The notes under the pieces are model-generated. The model saw only the letters and a list, made by a program, of their open reading frames with translations, made no database searches and was not told the origin of the DNA. A stretch of 62,048 nt of DNA from Gemmatimonadota bacterium (GTDB lineage: Bacteria; Gemmatimonadota; Gemmatimonadetes; Longimicrobiales; RSA9): contig JBBDRO010000007.1 of NCBI GenBank assembly GCA_040905425.1, positions 1 through 62,048 on the forward strand, written 5' to 3'. This document shows positions 53,202 to 60,826 of this stretch, one piece after another (position 1 is the first letter of the stretch; the number at the start of each line of letters is the position of its first letter). The translations under genes were made by a program, and so were the position numbers.

Positions 53202-54092
53202 ATGTTGAATCTGACGCGCAATACCCGCACCCTGGCCGTCCTCTTCACCTGCACGGCGCTGGCCGCCTGCGGCGGTGGGGACGAAGCCGCCGACGCCGGC
53301 GCGGATGACACCGGCGCCGACGCCCAGCCCCAGGTGGTGGCGGACGCCGGCAGCATCACCGGCAGCATCGACTTCACCGGTACGCCGCCCACGCCCGAGC
53401 CCATCGACATGAGCGCCGAGCCGGATTGCGCCGCCAAGCATGACGGCACGCCCACGCAGCGTGCCGTGGTGGTCAACAACGGCAAGCTGGCCAACGTCTT
53501 CGTGCGCATCAGCCAGGGTGTCCAGGGCGGCGGGGGCGCGCCCTCCGGGAGCGCCGCGGTGGATCAGGACGGCTGCGTCTACGACCCGCACGTGGTGGGT
53601 GTGCAGACCGGCCAGGAGGTGGAGTTCCAGAACAGCGACGGCCTGCTGCACAACATCAAGGCCAGCCCGGCCAACAACCGGCCGTTCAACATCAGCCAGC
53701 CCACCACCATGACCTCGCGGCAGACCTTCAATTCGCCCGAGGTCATGATCCCGGTGGTCTGTGACGTCCACGGCTGGATGAACATGTACATCGGCGTGGT
53801 GGACCATCCCTACTTCGACACGAGCGGCCAGGACGGCTCCTTCACGATCGCCAACGTGGCGCCTGGCACCTACACGGTGGAGACCTGGCACGAGGTCTAT
53901 GGCGTGCAGAGCCAGCAGGTGACGGTGGAGCCCAACGGCACCGCCGAGCTTACCTTTGCCTATGACGCCGGCATGGCTGCCACGGCCGTGGTACCGCTCG
54001 GTGATCCGATCGATCCGCACGGCGTACACGCGTCCCCCGGCGCGGGGGTTTCCCATCCGGCAGCGCACGCCACCGCGGCCGGCTCACGCTGA
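53202..54092 (+). CDS. Cupredoxin-like lipoprotein with carboxypeptidase-regulatory-like domain
   Basis: GGAGG RBS, lipobox LAAC, NSDGLLHNI and CDVHGWM (H,C,H,M type-1 Cu set), GTYTVETWHE. Confidence 0.8.
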   Translation: MLNLTRNTRTLAVLFTCTALAACGGGDEAADAGADDTGADAQPQVVADAGSITGSIDFTGTPPTPEPIDMSAEPDCAAKHDGTPTQRAVVVNNGKLANVFVRISQGVQGGGGAPSGSAAVDQDGCVYDPHVVGVQTGQEVEFQNSDGLLHNIKASPANNRPFNISQPTTMTSRQTFNSPEVMIPVVCDVHGWMNMYIGVVDHPYFDTSGQDGSFTIANVAPGTYTVETWHEVYGVQSQQVTVEPNGTAELTFAYDAGMAATAVVPLGDPIDPHGVHASPGAGVSHPAAHATAAGSR

Positions 54093-54131
54093 GCGTGCCC
54101 GCTCCCCGTTCCCGGTCACCGGAGAGAACAC

Positions 54132-54860
54132 ATGGCTGAATTCTGGCAGCTCTCCCCGAACGCCTCCACGTACGGCGCGGACATCGACAGGATGTTCTAC
54201 GCGATCGTGATCCTCACCGGCGTGGTGTTCGTAGTCGTGGAAGTCCTGCTGCTCTGGTTCCTGATCCGGTACCGGGGGCGGGAGGGCAGGCGGGCTGTGC
54301 ATACGCATGGCAACATGCGCATGGAGATCCTGTGGACCGCCGCCACCGCCATCATCGTGGTGGTCATCGGCGTGGGCAGCCGCGGTCTCTGGCTGGAGAT
54401 CAAGTCACCAGACCGCTTTCCCGAGCCCGGCATCTCACTGGACGTTACCGCCAAGCAGTTCGAGTGGAACGTCACTTATCCGGGCGCCGACGGCGTGCTG
54501 GGCAGCCCGGATGACTTCACGGCCCGCAACCGGTTCAACGTGCCGGTAGGCACGCCGGTGCACGTGACGCTGCGGGCGGAGGACGTGATCCACTCCTTCT
54601 TCCTGCCGGAGCTGCGCTTCAAGCAGGACGTGGTGCCGGGCATGGAGATTCCCGCCTGGTTCGAGGTGACCACGGCCGGGGAGTACGTGGTGGGCTGCGC
54701 GGAACTCTGCGGCCTGGGCCACTACCGGATGATGGGCACCATGACCGCGCTGGACGCGGCGGACTGGGAGGCCTGGTACACGGCGGAGAGTGTAGCGGCC
54801 GCGCAGGCGGCCGGGACGCTGAACGTGGCATCGGTCGACAATGAAGGGAGCGTGCGATGA
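54132..54860 (+). CDS. coxB: Cytochrome c oxidase subunit II
   Basis: Two TMs, EILWT, QFEW, CuA DVIHSF and CAELCGLGHYRM. Confidence 0.96.
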   Translation: MAEFWQLSPNASTYGADIDRMFYAIVILTGVVFVVVEVLLLWFLIRYRGREGRRAVHTHGNMRMEILWTAATAIIVVVIGVGSRGLWLEIKSPDRFPEPGISLDVTAKQFEWNVTYPGADGVLGSPDDFTARNRFNVPVGTPVHVTLRAEDVIHSFFLPELRFKQDVVPGMEIPAWFEVTTAGEYVVGCAELCGLGHYRMMGTMTALDAADWEAWYTAESVAAAQAAGTLNVASVDNEGSVR

Positions 54861-56644
54861 GCGTCGATGCCCAGGCGCAGGAGGCCCACGCGGGGGCGGG
54901 GGCGGGGCACCACGAGGAGATCCCCTGGCTGCGGCGCTATGTGTTCTCCTCGGATCACAAGGTCATCGGGATCCAGTTCCTCTTCATGAGCCTGTTCTTT
55001 CTGGTCGTGGGTGGACTGCTGGCCATGGCCATGCGCTGGCAGATCGCGTGGCCCTCCAGCCAGGAGATGCCGCTGCCGGGTGGGGGCATGCTGCCGGACG
55101 TCATGGTGACGGACGGCATCATGCTGCCCGAGTTCTACAACGCGCTGGTCACCATGCACGGCACCATCATGGTCTTCTTTGCCATCATGCCGCTGCTCGT
55201 GGCCGTGTGGGCCAACTACCTCATCCCGCTGCAGATCGGGGCCGAGGACATGGCGTTCCCGCGCCTCAACATGGCCTCCTTCTGGCTGGCCGCGCCGGCG
55301 GGCATCCTGATGCTGGCCAGCTTCTGGGTGGTGGGCGGTGCCGCCAACGCGGGGTGGACGGCCTACGCGCCGCTCAGCGTCAGTGAGGTCTACAGCGGGG
55401 TCAAGCTAGGGCAGCAGCTCTGGTGCCTGAGCCTCATCATCCTGGGCTTCTCCTCGCTCATGGGGGCGGTGAACTACATCACCACGGTGATCAACATGCG
55501 GGCGCCGGGCCTCACCTGGTTCCGCCTGCCGCTTTCGGTGTGGGGCCTCACCGTCACGTCGGTGCTGGTCCTGCTGGCCGTGCCCGTGCTGGCCGGTGGC
55601 CTCATCATGATGTTCTTCGATATCACCATCGGCACCAGCTTCTTCCAGCCGGAGGGCGGGGGCCAGCCACTGCTCTGGCAGCACCTGTTCTGGTTCTTCG
55701 GCCATCCCGAGGTCTACATCCTGATCCTGCCGGCCATGGGATTCGTCTCGGACGTCATCGCCAACGGCGCCCGCAAACCAGTCTTCGGCTACCACGCCAT
55801 GGTCTGGGCCATCGTGGCCATCGGCTTCATCGGCTGGGTGGTGTGGGGCCACCACATGTTCATGAGCGGGATGACGCCCGTGCTGGGCGGCTTCTTCATG
55901 GTAAGCACGCTCATCATCGCGGTGCCTTCCGCCATCAAGACCTTCAACTGGCTGGGCACCCTGTGGGGCGGCAACATCCGCTTTCACACGCCCATGTTGT
56001 GGGCACTGGGCTTCGTCTCCCTCTTCGTCATCGGCGGGTTGTCGGGGATCTTCCTGGCCGCGGCGCCGGTGGATATTCCTCTGCACGACACCTATTTCGT
56101 GGTGGCGCACATTCACTACGTGCTGGTGGGCGGCAGCCTCTTCGGCATCTTCAGCGCCATCACCTTCTGGTTCCCGAAGATGTTCGGGCGCATGATGAAC
56201 GAGGGGCTGGGCAAGCTGCACTTCGCGCTCACATTCATCTTCTTCAACGCCACCTTCTTCCCCATGCACATGCTGGGGAGCGGCGGCATGATGCGGCGCC
56301 TCTACGACCCCACCCAGTATCCCCATCTGCAGCCGCAACAGGACACCAACGTCTTCATCACGGTGTGCGCGCTGCTGCTCTTTGCCAGCCAGTTGATCCT
56401 GGTGGTGAACTTTTTCTGGAGCCTCTTCCGCGGGAAGCGGGCGCCGGAGAATCCGTGGCAGGCCAACTCCCTGGAGTGGAGCGCCCCCTCGCCGCCGCCG
56501 CATGGCAACTGGGGAGGTCGTCTGCCGGCGGTGCATCGCGGTCCGTACGAGTACAGCCACCCGGAGCGGGAGAGCGACTACTGGTTGCAGACCGATCCGA
56601 CGGGCGCCGCCCCGGCGCCCGCTCCCACCACCAGCGGAGGGTGA
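54857..56644 (+). CDS. coxA: Cytochrome c oxidase subunit I, family A1
   Basis: TMHG, DMAFPRLN (D-channel), WFFGHPEVY, WGHHM, PSAIK (K-channel), AHIHY, MMRR. Confidence 0.97.
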   Translation: MSVDAQAQEAHAGAGAGHHEEIPWLRRYVFSSDHKVIGIQFLFMSLFFLVVGGLLAMAMRWQIAWPSSQEMPLPGGGMLPDVMVTDGIMLPEFYNALVTMHGTIMVFFAIMPLLVAVWANYLIPLQIGAEDMAFPRLNMASFWLAAPAGILMLASFWVVGGAANAGWTAYAPLSVSEVYSGVKLGQQLWCLSLIILGFSSLMGAVNYITTVINMRAPGLTWFRLPLSVWGLTVTSVLVLLAVPVLAGGLIMMFFDITIGTSFFQPEGGGQPLLWQHLFWFFGHPEVYILILPAMGFVSDVIANGARKPVFGYHAMVWAIVAIGFIGWVVWGHHMFMSGMTPVLGGFFMVSTLIIAVPSAIKTFNWLGTLWGGNIRFHTPMLWALGFVSLFVIGGLSGIFLAAAPVDIPLHDTYFVVAHIHYVLVGGSLFGIFSAITFWFPKMFGRMMNEGLGKLHFALTFIFFNATFFPMHMLGSGGMMRRLYDPTQYPHLQPQQDTNVFITVCALLLFASQLILVVNFFWSLFRGKRAPENPWQANSLEWSAPSPPPHGNWGGRLPAVHRGPYEYSHPERESDYWLQTDPTGAAPAPAPTTSGG

Positions 56645-56648
56645 GGCC

Positions 56649-57308
56649 ATGAGCAACACCACTGCGGCGGCGCTGGAGCGTCCGACCACGGGCCCCGGAT
56701 CGGGCTTCGGCGTCTACAACATGAAGCTGGGCATGTGGGTCTTCCTCCTCTCGGAGGTGATGTTCTTCACCGCCCTGATCGGCGCCTACATCATTCTGCG
56801 CTTCACCAATCCCGGGCATTTCGCCGAGCCGGGCGTGGTGCTGAACGTGCCGCTCACGGCGGCCAACACGTTCATCCTCATCTGCAGCTCCGTCACCATG
56901 GTGAAGGCGTTCGCCGAGATCGAGGCGGGCAACCAGCGTGGTCTGCGTATGTACCTGGCCGCTACCGCCCTGCTGGGGATCCTCTTCCTGGGCGTGCAGG
57001 CGTACGAGTACTCCAAGCTGGTGCACGAGGGCTTCGTTCCGGCGGCGGAATTCTATGCGGCGCTGGGCCGGGACGGAGCGGGGGCGGTGGAGGGCGGCCC
57101 GCTCTACGGCGCCACCTTCTACACCATGACCGGCTTCCACGGGGCGCATGTGACCATCGGTGTGCTCTGCCTCCTGTTCACCACGGTCATGGCGTTCCGG
57201 GGCCGCTACACGGCCGCCAACCACGGCGGTGTGGAGATCATGGGGCTGTACTGGCACTTCGTGGACCTGGTCTGGATCATCCTGTTCACCATCGTCTACC
57301 TCATCTAG
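56649..57308 (+). CDS. coxC: Cytochrome c oxidase subunit III
   Basis: GMWVFLLSEVMFF, NTFILICSS, TGFHGAHV, YWHFVDLVW. Confidence 0.95.
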   Translation: MSNTTAAALERPTTGPGSGFGVYNMKLGMWVFLLSEVMFFTALIGAYIILRFTNPGHFAEPGVVLNVPLTAANTFILICSSVTMVKAFAEIEAGNQRGLRMYLAATALLGILFLGVQAYEYSKLVHEGFVPAAEFYAALGRDGAGAVEGGPLYGATFYTMTGFHGAHVTIGVLCLLFTTVMAFRGRYTAANHGGVEIMGLYWHFVDLVWIILFTIVYLI

Positions 57309-57316
57309 GGGCAGCC

Positions 57317-57610
57317 ATGGAGTCCGTGAATCTGACGGCCGACGCCGGGCACAAGGGGCCCAGCTACTTCCTGGTGTTCATCATCCTGGGCGTGCTCACG
57401 TTGGTGGAGGTGGCCGTGGCCTTCATCGCGGCTCTCCCGGACACGCTCCTCATCCTGATCCTGCTCGGGTTGGCGGTGTGGAAGGCGCTGCTGGTAGCGC
57501 TCTACTACATGCACCTGCGCTTCGAGCCCGCCAAGCTCTGGTGGATGGTGATGGCACCGCTCCCGCTGGGCCTCATCCTCGTGGGCATCGTGCTCATCGA
57601 AGGATGGTGA
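57317..57610 (+). CDS. coxD: Cytochrome c oxidase subunit IV (CtaF/CyoD-type)
   Basis: LTLVEV, KALLVALYYMHLRFE; 3 TMs. Confidence 0.88.
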   Translation: MESVNLTADAGHKGPSYFLVFIILGVLTLVEVAVAFIAALPDTLLILILLGLAVWKALLVALYYMHLRFEPAKLWWMVMAPLPLGLILVGIVLIEGW

Positions 57611-57613
57611 CCC

Positions 57614-57754
57614 GTGCACGACATGATGTGGGGAATGTTCTGGGGCGGCATGCTCATGGCGCTGCCACCCACCGCGGTGGGCATCGGCATAGCGGTGTTC
57701 CTGTGGCGCCAGCAGTTTCCCGCACGGCGCTCAGGCGGGACCGGCGAAGGCTGA
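57614..57754 (+). CDS. Putative 46-aa single-TM peptide (not in the ORF track)
   Basis: GTG 3 nt after the coxD stop: MHDMMWGMFWGGMLMALPPTAVGIGIAVFLWRQQFPARRSGGTGEG; hydrophobic core, basic tail. Confidence 0.6.
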   Translation: MHDMMWGMFWGGMLMALPPTAVGIGIAVFLWRQQFPARRSGGTGEG

Positions 57755-57777
57755 GCGGGCATCGCTGATCGGGACCA

Positions 57778-57963
57778 TCCAGGCACCTGGTGTTGTGTAG
57801 CCGAATTCTCGTGTAGCACCGAGGGCGTGGATGCGCCCGCCCAGGTAGGCGCGAGGAGGAGAGCATAGCCGTAGCTATGCCGACGACGAGCAACGACGCT
57901 GGGTGGGATGCAGGCGCGGTCGAATGCAACGGGAATTCGGCTACACAACACGAGGAGGCCGGA
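57778..57963 (+). ncRNA. Candidate structured RNA / long rod-like inverted repeat
   Basis: Nested concentric stems 57790-812/57929-951, 57836-844/57899-907 and 57863-869/57874-880; G-U and G-A mismatches favour the + strand. Confidence 0.6.
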
Positions 57964-57964
57964 C

Positions 57965-58933
57965 ATGCGTATCGAAAACAAGCTCACCCGCGGCGTGGTT
58001 GCCGGGCTGGCGGGGGGCGCGGCGCTGGCGCTGTGGTTCCTGATCGTGGACGCCATGCGCGGCCAGCCGTTCGCCACGCCCACCTTCGTTGCCCACACCC
58101 TGGCGGGGCTGGAGGGCATGGGCACCGGCTTCGGTACGCTGGCTGTCTACACCATCCTGCACTTCGCGGCGTTCGCGGCCGTGGGCGTGGCCGTGGTCTG
58201 GCTCGTGGAGGCGGCCACCATGCCCGCGTCGTTCATGCTGGGGCTGGTGCTGGGCTTTCTGCTCTTCGACTTCGTCTTCTACGCCGGCCTGGTCATGTCT
58301 GGCACCAACGTGGCCGCCGCGCTGGGCTGGCCGGAGGTGCTGGTGGGCAATCTCATTGCGGGGCTCACGGTGGTGCGCGTGATCCGGAGCACGGGTTCCG
58401 AGGAGGTGCCCCGGCTGCGGGACATCATGCGCGATCACGACACCATTCGCGAGGGGCTGGTCGGTGGTGTGCTCGCGGCCGTGGCGGTCATGGTGTGGTT
58501 TCTGATCCTGGACGTGGTTCGCGGCCAGCTCTTCTTCACGCCCGCCGCCCTCGGCTCGGCGCTCTTCCACGGTGCCCGCGGCACCGCGGAGGTGGTGCTC
58601 ACGGTGCCTGTGGTGCTCGGCTACACCGGCGTGCATCTGGTGGCCTTTCTGGCGGTGGGCCTGGTGGCCTCCGCCATGGTGGAGGGGGCGCGCAGGGAGC
58701 CGCCCCTGCTGCTTGCCATGGTGCTTTTCTTCGTCACGCTGGAGGTCATGTTCATCGGCTTGATGGCCATCATGGCCATCTGGCTCCTGGAATCGCTGAG
58801 CTGGTGGACCGTGGTGGCGGCCAATCTCATTGCCGCCGCCGTGCTGGGCGGCTATCTGCTCTGGGAGCACCCGGAGATTCGTGAAAGCCTGAACCACGAC
58901 CTGGAGGAGGAGCACCACCAGGAGATGGTATGA
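57965..58933 (+). CDS. Internally duplicated 8-TM membrane protein
   Basis: GAGGAGG RBS; two halves each with WFL..D..RGQ.F.TP and YT..H..AF.AVG. Confidence 0.8.
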   Translation: MRIENKLTRGVVAGLAGGAALALWFLIVDAMRGQPFATPTFVAHTLAGLEGMGTGFGTLAVYTILHFAAFAAVGVAVVWLVEAATMPASFMLGLVLGFLLFDFVFYAGLVMSGTNVAAALGWPEVLVGNLIAGLTVVRVIRSTGSEEVPRLRDIMRDHDTIREGLVGGVLAAVAVMVWFLILDVVRGQLFFTPAALGSALFHGARGTAEVVLTVPVVLGYTGVHLVAFLAVGLVASAMVEGARREPPLLLAMVLFFVTLEVMFIGLMAIMAIWLLESLSWWTVVAANLIAAAVLGGYLLWEHPEIRESLNHDLEEEHHQEMV

Positions 58934-59157
58934 GCCCTTCCCTGGTGGCGTTCCACAGGGTGCTCATCATGGCCGGCATCCTCTTCTGCCTGGGCTACGG
59001 AGGGTGGGAAGCGTACGCCTGGCTGCGCGGCGGCGGCGGAGGCAGCCTGGTGCTGGCCACGGTCTTCGGCCTGCTGGCGGCCGGGCTGGCGGTCTACCTC
59101 TGGAATCTGGACCGCGTGCTGCACCCCCGCGGGCGGGGTGGAGATGGCGGCACCTGA
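58930..59157 (+). CDS. Small 2-TM protein
   Basis: ATGA overlap, 75 aa, FHRVLI then two hydrophobic helices. Confidence 0.7.
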   Translation: MSPSLVAFHRVLIMAGILFCLGYGGWEAYAWLRGGGGGSLVLATVFGLLAAGLAVYLWNLDRVLHPRGRGGDGGT

Positions 59158-59830
59158 AGGCCTGCTCGGGGCGCTGCTCGGGCGCTTCGGGCGGGGCCCG
59201 GTGGCTGTGGTCGGCGGTAGCGTTCTTCTGGCCGTGTTCCTGGTGGGGCTCACGCTGCACGATCCGCCCAGCGTTGCCACCTACCCGGTGAGCCCGGCGC
59301 GCCCCGCGGCAGCGGACAGTACCCTCGTGGGCCCGGTGGTGCATACGGTGGACGCCACCGCCGAAGGCACGTGGGTGCGCTTTGACTTCTCGCGCGGCGC
59401 GGTGGTGCCGCCCGACGACCCGCTGGGCTGGGACATAGCCTTCCGACGCTTTGCCATCCTGGTCAACGGTGGCCCCGGCTATCCGGGCGCCGGGGGAGCC
59501 GTCGATCTGGGTGAGGTGCCCTTCGACGCGGTGGACCAGGCGCCCGCCGCAGGTTACCAGGGCAGCGTCACCCACCCCGATTCCGCCAACCCCGCACTGG
59601 ACCGCTGGTACGAGTATGGCTGGTCCACCCACCTGCTGACGCCCCGGCCGCGCGTCTACGCGGTGCGCACGGCGGACGGCCGCTACGCCAAGGTGCAGGT
59701 CCTTGGCTACTACTGCCCCGGCCCCCGCCCCGGTTGCCTCACCTTCCGCTACGTGTACCAGGGCAGCGGCGGACGCCACTTCACGCGCCCATCCACGGTT
59801 GCGTCCCCGCCGGACAGCACAGTCCACTGA
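59144..59830 (+). CDS. hmuY: HmuY family heme-binding protein, TM-anchored
   Basis: WVRFDF, WDIAFRR..ILVNGG, WYEY...HLL, VYAVRTADGRYAKVQVLGYY, LTFRY. Confidence 0.82.
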   Translation: MAAPEGLLGALLGRFGRGPVAVVGGSVLLAVFLVGLTLHDPPSVATYPVSPARPAAADSTLVGPVVHTVDATAEGTWVRFDFSRGAVVPPDDPLGWDIAFRRFAILVNGGPGYPGAGGAVDLGEVPFDAVDQAPAAGYQGSVTHPDSANPALDRWYEYGWSTHLLTPRPRVYAVRTADGRYAKVQVLGYYCPGPRPGCLTFRYVYQGSGGRHFTRPSTVASPPDSTVH

Positions 59831-59929
59831 ACCGGCTGCGCGGCGGGTGACCCCGTGCGCTGAGGCCGGGTACGTCGGCGGCGGTCCCGGGGACCGGAGC
59901 CGGGCCCGCTCCTTGCCCCGCCGGTGGGC

Positions 59930-60826
59930 ATGAATCCTCGATCCGCCCTCGGCGCCGCCGCCGCCACCCTTGCTGTCGTGGGCGTCTACGCCACCCTCGT
60001 GGAGCCCCGCTGGCTGCGCGTGGAGCGCCGGACCCTGCACGTGCGCAGCCTGCCGCCGGCTCTCGAGGGGCTGCGCATCGGGCTGCTTACCGACCTGCAC
60101 GCGGGCCCTACCACGCCGCAGGGCGTGATCCGGCGCGCCGTGGACGCCCTGCTGGAAGAGGCCCCCGACTTGGTGGCCGTGACGGGCGACCTGGTGGATC
60201 GGGATGCGGAGCTCCTGCCGCGCATGGCGGACCTCCTGGCCGAGCTGCGGCCGCCGCTGGGTCTCTACACCGTGCCGGGCAATCATGACCACGTGGTGGG
60301 GATCGCGGCGTGGCGGAGCGCGCTGGGCCGCCACCGCCAGCTGCGTGACATCACCAACGCCAGCGTGCTCCTGCATCGGGCGGGCGCGCGGCTCTGCGTG
60401 GCGGGCCTGGACGACGATCGGGAGGGGCATCCGGCGCTGCACCTACCGCCCGCCGGCGCGCGCGACTTCACCATCCTGCTAGCCCACTCCCCCGATCAGG
60501 CGGAGCGGCTGCGCCGCGCTGAGGATCGGGTGGACCTGGTGCTGAGCGGGCACACGCACGGCGGGCAGGTGCGCCTGCCCGGGCTCAAGGCGCCGATCAA
60601 TTCGGCGTCACGTGACGATCTCTACGAGGCGGGGGTGCGGCGCCGGCCCTGGACCCAGGTCTACACGTCGCGGGGGGTGGGCAACGCGGGGCTGCCGCTC
60701 CGCTTCTTCACGCGGCCCGAAGTGAGCGTGCTCACGCTGACGGCGGCGCCCCGGCGGCGGCTACACCACGCGCGGGTCAGTGGAGGCGGTAGATGGCTGC
60801 GGCCCCGGCTCAGCGCAGGCGCGTGA
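59930..60826 (+). CDS. Metallophosphoesterase (YkuE-like)
   Basis: TDLH, TGDLVD, GNHD, LAHSP, SGHTHGGQ, SRGVG. Confidence 0.92.
   Translation: MNPRSALGAAAATLAVVGVYATLVEPRWLRVERRTLHVRSLPPALEGLRIGLLTDLHAGPTTPQGVIRRAVDALLEEAPDLVAVTGDLVDRDAELLPRMADLLAELRPPLGLYTVPGNHDHVVGIAAWRSALGRHRQLRDITNASVLLHRAGARLCVAGLDDDREGHPALHLPPAGARDFTILLAHSPDQAERLRRAEDRVDLVLSGHTHGGQVRLPGLKAPINSASRDDLYEAGVRRRPWTQVYTSRGVGNAGLPLRFFTRPEVSVLTLTAAPRRRLHHARVSGGGRWLRPRLSAGA

Noticed and set aside
57778..57963. Rod as integron attC, 6S RNA, SRP RNA or simple terminator
   Set aside because: GTT/AAC are in the wrong order for attC and there is no integrase; no large open central bubble as in 6S; no GGAA loop or SRP motif; far too long and no U-tract for a terminator. 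An Rfam scan is still needed to be sure.
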